From IMG/VR virus record IMGVR_UViG_3300037483_000378, positions 16,503 through 80,502 of that record: a stretch of 64,000 nucleotides of DNA. One strand, 5' to 3'. Positions 43,989-53,291 of the stretch are shown here, piece after piece. Source of the DNA: a virus (Duplodnaviria > Caudoviricetes). The notes under the pieces were generated by a model. That model was not told the origin of the DNA and did no database searches. It worked only from the letters and a program-made list of their open reading frames with translations. Every line of letters begins with the position of its first letter. Within the stretch, counting starts at the first letter, position 1. A program made the translations under genes and the position numbers.

Positions 43989-44689
43989 CCCTCCAAGTCT
44001 GCGCGCAGCTCCGCGATCCGCTTCTGCCGCGCCGCGTTCGTCTTCCCGAGGCTCGGGCCCCGGTGCTCCCGGCTCGCTATCGTGTGCTCGATCACCACGG
44101 GCTCGGCCGCCGGGTATGCCCACGGCTTGTCGAACACGCGGCAGTAGCGCCCCGGCAAGCGCACGGTCTTCAGGTTCGGCATGCACGTCGTGAGGTACCA
44201 CAGGTTCTTCTGGCCGCCGCCTTCGAGCAGCCCGCGCCGCCGCATCAGATCGTTCATCCCGCACCACGCCTCCAGGAGACTCCTCGCGCCCGGCGTGTCC
44301 CCGAAGTAGAGCGTGCCGGAGAGTAGCCGGTGCGGTCGGTCGCACGCGCCGCCGATAACGCAACCGCACACGTCCGACGCGCGACCGGACGGGGACGCGA
44401 ACCAGTGCGCGCCGAAGTCCACGCCGTCCGCCCCGAGCGCGTCGAAGTATGGAGACGGATCATCATGCACCACGGCGTCCACGTCAACGTAGAGGAGCGG
44501 ACCAGCCAGCATGCCGCGCGTATCCGCGATGAACCCCGCCTTGCGCGCCGTGTTGGCGTACCAGTTCCCGCCATTTTCTACGGCACTCACGTAGAGGGCG
44601 ACGCCGGCACGATCCGCGGATCGCTCCAGCAATTCCTCTTCCGCCTCGTAGCTCCCGAACCCAGGCGTGTAGTAGGCGACGACGATCAA
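43985..44689 (-). CDS. GT-A glycosyltransferase
   Basis: KAGFI...LLYVDVDAVVH DxD; LSGTLYF; IEH. Confidence 0.8.
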   Translation of the reverse strand: MIVVAYYTPGFGSYEAEEELLERSADRAGVALYVSAVENGGNWYANTARKAGFIADTRGMLAGPLLYVDVDAVVHDDPSPYFDALGADGVDFGAHWFASPSGRASDVCGCVIGGACDRPHRLLSGTLYFGDTPGARSLLEAWCGMNDLMRRRGLLEGGGQKNLWYLTTCMPNLKTVRLPGRYCRVFDKPWAYPAAEPVVIEHTIASREHRGPSLGKTNAARQKRIAELRADLEG

Positions 44690-44997
44690 TTCAGGTTCCT
44701 CAGCACGAGGTCAGCGTATGCCTCGCAGCCGGGCGTTCGCACGCAGCCGTTGTAGCGCAGCAGCGCGGCGCGGATCGCCGCGTCCAACGCCTCCCCGAGA
44801 TAGCTCCGCAGGATGTCGGCTCCGTAGCAGACCGACGTGGGCCCGTCGGTGAGGTCAGGGCCGCAGGGATGGACCGCACTCGCGTGGAACGGCATCACAT
44901 GCATCCAGCCCACCGCGCCTCCGCTACCGGACAGTCCCGCGGCCGCCAACGACGCGCATGCCCATGCCGCTACCACCCACGTCAGCAGCATCTTCAT
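44686..44997 (-). CDS. N-terminally truncated SLT-like protein with signal peptide
   Basis: GAVGWMHVMPFH...DLTDGPTSVCYGADILR matches the C-half of 56071..56682; no catalytic-Glu helix. Confidence 0.7.
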   Translation of the reverse strand: MKMLLTWVVAAWACASLAAAGLSGSGGAVGWMHVMPFHASAVHPCGPDLTDGPTSVCYGADILRSYLGEALDAAIRAALLRYNGCVRTPGCEAYADLVLRNLN

Positions 44998-45503
44998 AGC
45001 CGTACCCACCAGGTTGAGTCCTCGTCCAGCTCGACGCGCTTCGCACCGAACGCCTCGTCCACGGCTCGGTCCACGCCGCGGAACCCGCCGGCCTTCCAGT
45101 AGTCGTGCCCGCCGATCCAGCCGCCCTTCCTTACCTTCGGTAGCCACGCCGCGACGTCATCGCGAACGCTCTCGTACTCGTGGTCGCCGTCGATGAACGC
45201 CAGGTCTAGCGAGCCGTCCGCAATGAGGTACGCTATGTCTACACTCGCCCCCTTGAAGATATGGCGCCTGCCCGCCCCCTGCGTCGTGCGCGCCATGGCC
45301 AGCTTCTCTACCTTGGAACACTTCGCCGCATCGCGATAGTACGTGACGCCCCAGAAGTCCACCATGACGAGCGTGAGGTTGCGGTGCCAGCCGAGCAGCC
45401 AGCCGCTCGTCGTGCCTTCGTCCACGCCCACCTCCACGGCGCGGCACGGCACCGACTCCGACGGGAGGCGCCGCAGGATCGCGTTGCCTCGAAAGCCTGC
45501 CAT
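44994..45503 (-). CDS. class I SAM methyltransferase (Methyltransf_24-like)
   Basis: VEVGVDEG...DLAFIDGDHEYESV..D...WLPKVRKGGWIGGHDY. Confidence 0.88.
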   Translation of the reverse strand: MAGFRGNAILRRLPSESVPCRAVEVGVDEGTTSGWLLGWHRNLTLVMVDFWGVTYYRDAAKCSKVEKLAMARTTQGAGRRHIFKGASVDIAYLIADGSLDLAFIDGDHEYESVRDDVAAWLPKVRKGGWIGGHDYWKAGGFRGVDRAVDEAFGAKRVELDEDSTWWVRL

Positions 45504-46318
45504 CACGTGTCTCCTTCGAGTAGGGCCACCATCTCTCGCTCCACCTCGCCCGGGTCCTCCCACGCGTGCGACGTCCAGATGGGCGAGTCCATGTGGTTCG
45601 CCGCATGGTAGTATTCCTCCATGCGCACCGGCCAGTACGCGGGCTCCATGACCTTGCCCTGCGGGTCGAGGACGGGCCCCGGCGCCACGAGCCCACGGTA
45701 GGTGATGAGCAAGAGCGGGGCGCCGCAGAGCACGGCCAGGTGCGCGAGTCCCGCGTCCGTCGCCACCACGAGCCGCGCCCCACGCATGGCCTGGATCGAC
45801 GCGTCGAGGTGACGCTTCCTGTCCCAGCTCGACGGGCATCCGATCTCTACGGAAGAGTCCGGTGCGCCGGCAGCGAAGGCGTGCATGCCCATCGCCTTCA
45901 CGCACTTCACCAGGGGCCGCCAGTGCGCCCAGTTCTTCGCAGACCCGTAGGTCCGGGCGCGAGGGCAGAACACGACGTCGGCCAGGAGGTACTTCTGCGT
46001 CTCGTACGGATCCGGCACGAACCGCGCTTCCGGCATGCCGCGCCGCGTGACGACGATGGACGCGAGGGGCCAGCGCTTCCGGGCAACGCGCTCCACCTCG
46101 CGCTGGAACGCCGCGTCACCTTTCGGGCGCATCCCCCTTCGGTCCTCGTCCTTCGGGAGCGGCACGGCCACGCGTCGTGCCGCCGACGGGTAGAGCGCCT
46201 CGCTGCCTCGCTCGTGATAGACCACCTTCGGGCCCGGCAATGCATGGACGGCAGGCACGTGGTACCGGAGCATGAGCCCAAACTCGCCTCGGCAAGGAAG
46301 CACGACGCTCAGGCTCAC
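45503..46318 (-). CDS. GT-B glycosyltransferase (GT9-like)
   Basis: KNW...ARLVVATDAGLAHLAVLCGAP. Confidence 0.8.
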   Translation of the reverse strand: MSLSVVLPCRGEFGLMLRYHVPAVHALPGPKVVYHERGSEALYPSAARRVAVPLPKDEDRRGMRPKGDAAFQREVERVARKRWPLASIVVTRRGMPEARFVPDPYETQKYLLADVVFCPRARTYGSAKNWAHWRPLVKCVKAMGMHAFAAGAPDSSVEIGCPSSWDRKRHLDASIQAMRGARLVVATDAGLAHLAVLCGAPLLLITYRGLVAPGPVLDPQGKVMEPAYWPVRMEEYYHAANHMDSPIWTSHAWEDPGEVEREMVALLEGDT

Positions 46319-47016
46319 GACACGTCCTCCCATGCCAATCGTACCGGGTCGTTCGCCGGAAGCTCCCGCAGCCGTGGACGCCCATGGAAGCACACGAGGC
46401 GCGCGCCCTCCGGCACCGACGCGTGCCGCTGGTACGGGTGCTTCGGCTCGCAGTGGATCTTGTAGCTCACCACCTGCCCGGGGAGCATGCGCTGGATCGG
46501 GTCCGCGCGCTCGAACGACGGCCCCAAGAACGAGTCCATGCGCCGGGGGTTCGCTCGCATCACGCCGGGTGGGTCCGCGCAGAACCGGCGCCATGCGTCA
46601 GCTAGCTCCTCGCCGTGACGGTCAGCGTCCCACGCCAGCACGCCGCTCGCCCGTTTCCCCGGCGCGTAGAAGTCCTCCAGCGCGGCTGGCGCGTCCACGG
46701 ACGACGGAAGCTCCATCAGCTCGTCGAGGTCACCAACCACCACCGTGTCGAGGTCGAGGTAGAGGATTGGGCCGCGCAGTGCGCCGGGCTCGAACATGGG
46801 TAGCTTCGCCCACCATCTCAGCCAGCCGTCGCGCAGCGGGATGCATGAGATGCCGGGCACGCTACGGTCGGTGAAGAGCTTGAACTCCCAGCGATGCCGC
46901 CAGTCCCTCGTCACCCACCGTGACACCCCGGCATGGAGGCGACGCGCGTCAAGAATGCCGAACAGCCCGGGGGCCGACCTGAGCACGGCCACGACGGTAA
47001 CGTCCGGGGTACTCAC
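46315..47016 (-). CDS. GT-A glycosyltransferase (GT8-like)
   Basis: WWAKL.MF...ILYLDLDTVVVGDLD...SGVLAW...VCFHGRP. Confidence 0.85.
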   Translation of the reverse strand: MSTPDVTVVAVLRSAPGLFGILDARRLHAGVSRWVTRDWRHRWEFKLFTDRSVPGISCIPLRDGWLRWWAKLPMFEPGALRGPILYLDLDTVVVGDLDELMELPSSVDAPAALEDFYAPGKRASGVLAWDADRHGEELADAWRRFCADPPGVMRANPRRMDSFLGPSFERADPIQRMLPGQVVSYKIHCEPKHPYQRHASVPEGARLVCFHGRPRLRELPANDPVRLAWEDVS

Positions 47017-47207
47017 ACGACGTGCTCGGTCATGAGGTGTGCCCGCAACGTTCGCTCCCGGAGCCCCGCCATCCTCTGCACTTCAGGAACCGCGAGCACG
47101 GCGCTGCCGCCCGACGCCTGCACGATGAGGGCATGCGCCCTTGCGATCTCCATGACGCGCTTCCACGCCTCTGCGCAGACGACATCTGACGGCGCAGTCA
47201 TAATCAC
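47013..47207 (-). CDS. hypothetical protein
   Basis: 64 aa, coupled. Confidence 0.5.
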   Translation of the reverse strand: MIMTAPSDVVCAEAWKRVMEIARAHALIVQASGGSAVLAVPEVQRMAGLRERTLRAHLMTEHVV

Positions 47208-47359
47208 GATCGGTTCCCGAAGAGCATGTAGGCTACCGTGCCCCAGAACGCAGCGAGCATGATGATGACGCTAGCGAATGCCACGACGCGCTTCAGCCGC
47301 TCAGCCGCTTCCGCGACGGCGTCTCCGTCAACGACGATCACTCGTGCCCCGTCCCTCAT
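47204..47359 (-). CDS. small membrane protein (51 aa)
   Basis: C-terminal hydrophobic VVAFASVIIMLAAFWGTVAYML. Confidence 0.45.
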   Translation of the reverse strand: MRDGARVIVVDGDAVAEAAERLKRVVAFASVIIMLAAFWGTVAYMLFGNRS

Positions 47360-47372
47360 AACCCTACCACCG

Positions 47373-48092
47373 TCATCGCCGGTCCACCGTCTGCACGTGA
47401 CCGAGGAGCGTCGCCACGCGGTCCGCCTGCGCGCCGATCTTCGCGGCCCACCGGTCGTCGTCTGCCTTGGCCGCCTCGTGGAGATGGTCGAGCGCGGCAC
47501 GCAGGTGCCCGGTACGCTTTGACTCGCCACCATTCGGCTCTTCCTTCTTCGTGGCCTGCGCCTCTCGGCTCGCACGCATCGACGCAAGCTTGTCGATCTT
47601 CCCCGATCCGTTGAGCACGAGCCCGCCAGCGTTCGCCACGGCGCGCTTCACGTCATCCGGGGTGGGCTCCTCGCGCCCGGCCTTCTGCGCGGCTGTCACA
47701 GCACGGTGCCACGCCTTCCTCCGCTCTGCCGGCTTCTTCACCGCCGTCAGCGGGCGGGCCACCTTCTCAGAAATGGGTACCCGGGTACCCATTTGGGTAC
47801 TTTGCCCTAGTGCCGCAACGACTTCTGCCGCGCGAATTTGCTTCCTGGCGTAGTTCGCGCCCATCTTCCAGCGATCGCGGCAGTACTCGTCGAACGTCGC
47901 GTGCGTGGCGCGGTAGAGCCGGCGCCTGCTGATCTCCGCCAAGGCTTCACCTACCTCCATGAAGCCGGCATACCCTCGCTCTACCGTGGCTTCGAGGCGC
48001 GTGAGGTCGGCACCCTCCTCCTGCGTGAGCAGCGCCGCTTCCGGCGCCTCGACGAGTTTGGGTACCCGGGTACCGCTTTTCGGCTTGGCCAT
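47373..48092 (-). CDS. putative DNA-binding protein (DUF3102/ParB-C-like helical HTH)
   Basis: FMEVGEAL.EI...LYR..HATFDEYC..RW; two GTRVP motifs encoded by the palindrome. Confidence 0.65.
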   Translation of the reverse strand: MAKPKSGTRVPKLVEAPEAALLTQEEGADLTRLEATVERGYAGFMEVGEALAEISRRRLYRATHATFDEYCRDRWKMGANYARKQIRAAEVVAALGQSTQMGTRVPISEKVARPLTAVKKPAERRKAWHRAVTAAQKAGREEPTPDDVKRAVANAGGLVLNGSGKIDKLASMRASREAQATKKEEPNGGESKRTGHLRAALDHLHEAAKADDDRWAAKIGAQADRVATLLGHVQTVDRR

Positions 48093-48432
48093 CCCTAGCC
48101 TCCCTTCCGTCCAAGGAAAACTGCGTGGCGCGCGGCAGGTTGCAGGCGGATGGTTTCCGGGGGGACGGCCCCGGCAACGCATCCATTGCGCCGGGCCGTT
48201 ATCCGGACCTGCAACCGACCGTCGTCGCGTCCGGAACCAACCTAACCTAGACGACGACGCCAGAATAGTCGGCGGTCACGCACTAACCAGCGCGATGCTG
48301 ACCGTTACGGTGGCGGCGACCCTAGCCCAATCCGGCGGACGTTGGCCCTGGCCTCGCTTCTACGCACGTCGTCACCGACCCGCAGCCCGCGCCGTCGCTT
48401 CATCGGCTCACCCCCCCATCGGTTTCAGAATG

Positions 48433-48446
48433 GGTACCCGGGTACC
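48433..48446. promoter_or_regulatory. palindromic site GGTACCCGGGTACC
   Basis: intergenic, just past terL stop. Confidence 0.6.
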
Positions 48447-48469
48447 GCTGCCCCCCTTTTCCATCATCC

Positions 48470-50152
48470 TCAGAACCCGCGACTCGGGTCCTCGAACAGG
48501 AACCCGTCTTCGATCATTTCGAGGTCCAGCAGGGCAGTCCCGCGCGTGCAGGTCATCGCCACGGCGTCAGCTAGGTTCGGCGAGTGGCCGATGCGCTTCG
48601 ACGTCTCCTCCTTCAGCTCGGCTCGCACCTTGCCCTTCGACGTCGGCGCAGCCTTCCGGATCTGCGCCAGCTCCTCGCGGCATGACTCCTCCACGTCCTC
48701 ACCGAGCGGGGCGATGACGAGCGTGCCGTTCTCCAGCTCCTCGCGCAGGGTCCAGAGCATGTCGGCCCGTGCCGAGACGTATCGCTCCGAATCGTAGACT
48801 GCGTCCCGCATGCCACGCGCCGGCTGCCCGTCCTCCAGCAAGCCGGATAGCACGCCGGAGCCCACGCCGATGTCGTCCACCACGATCTCGCCCTTGCGCT
48901 CCCCAAGGGCAACCCTCGCGTAGCCTTCCGCGCGTGCCACGTCCTGTCGGTCCCCGAGCGTCGGATACTCGGCCAGAGCGTAGAGGACGGGCCCTCGCCG
49001 ACTCGCCAGGGCGTGAGGCTCTACCCCATCACCCACGTCCAGGGCATGGACCCACGGATGCGCCAGGGCCATCTCGTCCCACTTCCGCGGGTCCTGGTCG
49101 TACCGGGCCCGCGCAGCGTCCCACCAGGCGCGGGGGATCAGGGACCCGCTGCTGTCCGTAGGGAATGCGGCATCGAAGCGAGATTTCCAGTACGCCGTAC
49201 CCGGGCCACGCCGCTTCTCCCGGCGCTTCCCCTCGATGAACTCGATGGACGGTCCGCCGGGGATCGCATTCGCCAACCTCTGAAGCTCCCTCGGCCACGC
49301 GTTGCGCGGTCTCACGTCACCGCTCCCGGGCTCGGCCACGGCGGCCCTGACGTCCGGGTGCAGACGGTACACCTCGTCGTCCCCCTTCGCGTACGCCCAC
49401 ACCACGTTCGGGTGCTCCCACACGGGGATCTTGATGCACCGCGCCTCGCACGCATGATGGAACGGCGTGCCGTCCGTGAACGGGTTCCCGATCCGCAGGA
49501 GCCGGTTCGTGTAGTACGTCAGGTTCGACGTCACGCCGTCATCTGCCATCTGGCTGATCCCGCTCGCCTCGTCCTCCACGGCCATGATCCATGGGTGGTG
49601 CCTACCCCCGAACCCTTCCTCACTGTTCTCCGACGCCGTGAAACCCCACGCCACCTGTTCCCCGGCGAGCTTGATCTGCATGAGGTCCCTCGTTCCCCCA
49701 AGCCACGCGCGGTTGCGGTCGAACAGCCGCCGGATCTCCTTCCACAACAGGTCGCGCACCTGCTTCATGCTCGGCGCCGTCGTGATTGCTATCCCCCCCA
49801 CGGCGTACACCCACCAGAGAACGAGCACGGCTGCCACGAGCGTCTTCCCAACGCTGATCCCAGCCTGCACGTTCGTTTCCGCGTTGTCGCGCACGCTCAG
49901 GGCGATCGCCACCTGGTCCGGCGTGAGCATCGGTACCCCGAGCCGCCTCGCGAATCCTTCCGGGTCCTGGGCGTACTCCGGGAATAGCGGCGCAGCAACG
50001 GTCACCCCGAAGTCGTCCGAGTCCGGGCGGTGCACGCCCCCCGTGCGCAACTGCTCGGCTGCCTTACGCACGCCCTCACGTAGCACCGCCTCGGTGCCCA
50101 TGGGACGGTTGAGCATCGCGTCGGCCACGCTCCGGGGAGGGGCGCCGCTCAC
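48470..50152 (-). CDS. terL: terminase large subunit
   Basis: Walker A-like AGISVGKT, Walker B VEDEAS, RIGNP; nuclease LDVGDG, VDDIGVG, SPNLADA. Confidence 0.93.
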   Translation of the reverse strand: MSGAPPRSVADAMLNRPMGTEAVLREGVRKAAEQLRTGGVHRPDSDDFGVTVAAPLFPEYAQDPEGFARRLGVPMLTPDQVAIALSVRDNAETNVQAGISVGKTLVAAVLVLWWVYAVGGIAITTAPSMKQVRDLLWKEIRRLFDRNRAWLGGTRDLMQIKLAGEQVAWGFTASENSEEGFGGRHHPWIMAVEDEASGISQMADDGVTSNLTYYTNRLLRIGNPFTDGTPFHHACEARCIKIPVWEHPNVVWAYAKGDDEVYRLHPDVRAAVAEPGSGDVRPRNAWPRELQRLANAIPGGPSIEFIEGKRREKRRGPGTAYWKSRFDAAFPTDSSGSLIPRAWWDAARARYDQDPRKWDEMALAHPWVHALDVGDGVEPHALASRRGPVLYALAEYPTLGDRQDVARAEGYARVALGERKGEIVVDDIGVGSGVLSGLLEDGQPARGMRDAVYDSERYVSARADMLWTLREELENGTLVIAPLGEDVEESCREELAQIRKAAPTSKGKVRAELKEETSKRIGHSPNLADAVAMTCTRGTALLDLEMIEDGFLFEDPSRGF

Positions 50153-50757
50153 GGCAGGGCGATCCTGAGCCAGTCATCATGGATCTGCGCACGCACGTCC
50201 TCGTCCTCCACCCTGACGTCCACCACGCGACCTAGCTCCATGACCACGCGGTAGAAGTCAGCCCTGCTGATCGCGTTCGCGGCGCGCCCGTCCTCGATGC
50301 GCTTCACGATCTGCGTGACCTCACTCACCAGCTGCCGGGCAGCCCCGACATCGAAGTCAGTTCCGCCAGCCTCTCCGCTCTCTCCCTTCTTCACGCGGTC
50401 CACGTAGTCTACGAACAGGGCGCGGGCCACGGCAAGCTCCGGGAGCATGTTCAGTGGGTCAGGGTCCCGTTCGTATCCCTCGATGAGATCACGGAGGCGC
50501 ACCCGCTGGATCGTCGAATACCGCCCGTGCGTCATCTGCTTGCCCACGGCCCCACCATGCAACCAGCAGGGGCCGGTCCCGAGATGATTCGTCTTCTTCC
50601 CAGCCTGGTTCCTGCACGGCTCTCCGTTCCGCTTCCGCTTCCCGCAGAGCGCAGCCAAGCCCTTGGGGTTTCCGGGCCCTTCGATCGACTCGTGGGGTCC
50701 CTCCCCGTTCTGTGACGGATTCATGTACCCCCTTTCGTCATGCTTCGTGGTTTCCAT
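50149..50757 (-). CDS. terS: terminase small subunit (HGGxSTG-type N-domain)
   Basis: CGKRKRNGEPC...CWLHGG...THGRYS; directly upstream of terL. Confidence 0.75.
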   Translation of the reverse strand: METTKHDERGYMNPSQNGEGPHESIEGPGNPKGLAALCGKRKRNGEPCRNQAGKKTNHLGTGPCWLHGGAVGKQMTHGRYSTIQRVRLRDLIEGYERDPDPLNMLPELAVARALFVDYVDRVKKGESGEAGGTDFDVGAARQLVSEVTQIVKRIEDGRAANAISRADFYRVVMELGRVVDVRVEDEDVRAQIHDDWLRIALP

Positions 50758-51125
50758 GGTTCAAGTGTACCCGGCGTGTACCAGCCCGCCGCAAAGGTGC
50801 GCCGCTTGCAGGTCGGGCAGTCGACCCGGGCCAGGCTGCGCTCGGTCGGGCGCGGGGCGTGGATGTGGACGGCGGTGCTTCCGGTGGTGGTCACGAAACC
50901 CGACGCGTCACCCCCGCCGATACTCCCGACGATCCGGGCCGGGACCTCGCACGTCGTCAGCCGGAAGTTCGCCGCAGTCAGGATCGCCACGGCCTGCTCC
51001 CACGAGCCGGGCACGTAGCGCCTGCCGCCGCGTCCGTCGCCTTGGGCGCGCTCCAGGAGGACGCCGCGGTCTTCGGCCCCGAGTGCGAGGCGCTGGCCGA
51101 TGTCGGCTTGCTGGGTGGCGTTCAT
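50721..51125 (-). CDS. hypothetical protein (possible late regulator)
   Basis: 134 aa; CPTC motif; position before terS. Confidence 0.5.
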   Translation of the reverse strand: MNATQQADIGQRLALGAEDRGVLLERAQGDGRGGRRYVPGSWEQAVAILTAANFRLTTCEVPARIVGSIGGGDASGFVTTTGSTAVHIHAPRPTERSLARVDCPTCKRRTFAAGWYTPGTLEPWKPRSMTKGGT

Positions 51126-53098
51126 GGGCGGCGACGTCGGCCGGGGGTGTCGCGACGACCGTCGTTGCCGCGCCTGTCTACCGGGTGGTACGAATAAGGT
51201 TGCAAGCCCCGGCGGTCTGTGAGCCCTACCCGCCGCTCGCCCTTGCGCCGGTCACGGAGTGTCTTTACAGGGTGGGTGCAGCACGTGGGCTCCACGGGGC
51301 GGAGGTCTTCGGTGGCGACCCACGTCCGTTCGCCATCTGACTTCTCCATGACCGTCCACCACAAGTCGCCCCCCTCGCGCGAAGGCGGAAGTACGATCCG
51401 CACCCGCTCCTTCCGCCACATCCACTCCTTCAGCGCCGCTTCCGCCGTGTCGAACGGAGCGGGCACGCCTTCGGGCCAGAGCAGCGCGAGATATTCGCGG
51501 CCCGTGTAGCGCTCGCCCAGAAGCGACAAATCCGGGTCGAGTCCGCAGTTTGCCCGTACCACCCTTACGTCCTTCATGCGCCTATCCTCCCCTGGTTGGC
51601 ATTCCTCGGGCTGCGCTGTCTCACCAGCCACGTCCAGTCGCCGCGCCGACCCTCGCGGAAGCCACGCTCGAATTCGGTGCGCCTGATCTTCTTTCAAGTC
51701 GGCCAGGTCGATTTCGGAATCAATCTTCGTATCCCCTCCCGTGGGCTCGGTGGCGCCGTGGGGGGAGCGGAGACGCTTTACTGCGGCGATAGCCTCGTCT
51801 TTCAACTCGGCCACCACGTCTGCCGGAAGATCCTCACCGATTGCCCAAGCTAACCGGAACAGCAGATTAGCGATCCCTTCCTGGGCCACGGGGCCGGTGT
51901 AGTGCGACAGGTACAGGTCAGCCTCCTGCGCCGCACTCTCGCGGGCAGGGTGGTCGAAGGCCGTGGCATCATTGACCGCTGCGAGGTATCCATGGATCAC
52001 GGCGCGGCGGATCTCCTCCTGGGCCACGGGGGGCGAGGCATAGAGGGCCTGCGCTTCCATCTTGGTCGTCAGGCGCGGGTCCGTTACACGCGGAACGCCG
52101 TCCTCGCTTGCGACGTGGTTCCATGTCCGATCCGGTTCGCCATCGAACACGTACCGCCACCTCCACGCGACCGGCTCCTGCGTCGGCTCGGGGGGCACGG
52201 CCAGCCGCTCACGGGCGACAGCCAGGCCGCGGCGGAACCCATCGTCGTACTCGCTGAGTGGCTCCGTCTCGCTCACCCCTCCCTGGCTATCGGGGTACGC
52301 CTTGCCGTATGCCGCCTCCAATTCCGCGAGCGTATACATGCGCCTCCCCCGCCTCACTCTCCTCACCGTCCGCGCCACCTCCACGCGGTCCAGCTCCGCG
52401 TCGGCTTCTTCCTGGCTCTCGGGGGTGGCGCGACGCTGGTCTCCAGGGATATTGCCGTCCGGCCCAGGGATGGAGAACTCGTGCATACACTGAGCGTAGC
52501 CACGGTCCCATTCCGTAGGCTCGCCCCCACCATCCGGGCAACGCGAGGGCTCACGGGTGAGGGCAGCGGCGACAATGCGGGCCGTGCGCTCGTAACTGCC
52601 TGCGGCATCGGCATCGCCCATGTCAGCCTCCCACAAGGCTTCCAAGACGACGCGCTCCACTGATTTTCCAGGAGGGATGGCCCCGTGCTCCTCCCCCCGC
52701 ACGGGCTCGCCCCCACCATCCGGGGGCTCACGGGTGAGGGCCTTGAGTGTGTGGTATCCGCACCGGAAGCCGTCCACGAGGATGTCGCTATTGGGGACGC
52801 ACTCCACGCAGGCGTGATCCCGAGGTAGCATGTGCCCCGTATGCCGCTCGAAGTCGGCCACCAGCTTCAGGAACTCTCGGGCAGCGTCCCACAGGGTGTC
52901 ACGCTCCCCCTGCACGGGCTCGGCGCGACGGTTCCAGGCGGCGATGGCGGATGCTTCATTGGGGCGTCTCACTTCTGGGCGAACCACGCAACCGTCCCCA
53001 CGACTACCCTCGCAACGCACGACCGCCTCTCCTAGCGAGGTTCTGCGCACCGTCGCCACACCACCGCAAAACGGGCACTCTCTCGGCGTCTCAGCCAT
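51122..53098 (-). CDS. mosaic protein with N-terminal Lar (restriction alleviation) domain
   Basis: CPFCGG...AIAAWNRRA, then modules joined by ALTREP..PDGGGEP and PVAQE linkers. Confidence 0.7.
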   Translation of the reverse strand: MAETPRECPFCGGVATVRRTSLGEAVVRCEGSRGDGCVVRPEVRRPNEASAIAAWNRRAEPVQGERDTLWDAAREFLKLVADFERHTGHMLPRDHACVECVPNSDILVDGFRCGYHTLKALTREPPDGGGEPVRGEEHGAIPPGKSVERVVLEALWEADMGDADAAGSYERTARIVAAALTREPSRCPDGGGEPTEWDRGYAQCMHEFSIPGPDGNIPGDQRRATPESQEEADAELDRVEVARTVRRVRRGRRMYTLAELEAAYGKAYPDSQGGVSETEPLSEYDDGFRRGLAVARERLAVPPEPTQEPVAWRWRYVFDGEPDRTWNHVASEDGVPRVTDPRLTTKMEAQALYASPPVAQEEIRRAVIHGYLAAVNDATAFDHPARESAAQEADLYLSHYTGPVAQEGIANLLFRLAWAIGEDLPADVVAELKDEAIAAVKRLRSPHGATEPTGGDTKIDSEIDLADLKEDQAHRIRAWLPRGSARRLDVAGETAQPEECQPGEDRRMKDVRVVRANCGLDPDLSLLGERYTGREYLALLWPEGVPAPFDTAEAALKEWMWRKERVRIVLPPSREGGDLWWTVMEKSDGERTWVATEDLRPVEPTCCTHPVKTLRDRRKGERRVGLTDRRGLQPYSYHPVDRRGNDGRRDTPGRRRRP

Positions 53099-53291
53099 TC
53101 TCGGCCTCCCGGTCGCGTTCTTCTTGGATCTGCTGTTCGATCAGCGCATCCTGCATCTCGGATTCTTCTTGCTGGCGGCGGTCATCTTCGAGCATCCGCC
53201 GGTACTCGCCGTCGGTGTTGTGGTCCGGGTCGCCGTAGCACATGGAACAGGTCCCGGTCACACCTTCGAGTCCGCATGAACTACAAGCCAT
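53091..53291 (-). CDS. hypothetical protein
   Basis: CSSC..CSMC; acidic tail. Confidence 0.55.
   Translation of the reverse strand: MACSSCGLEGVTGTCSMCYGDPDHNTDGEYRRMLEDDRRQQEESEMQDALIEQQIQEERDREAENG

Noticed and set aside
42777-44369. 530-aa call for the methyltransferase/GT-D gene
   Set aside because: The first ~127 aa overlap the upstream GT gene; RBS and ATGA overlap support the start at 43988
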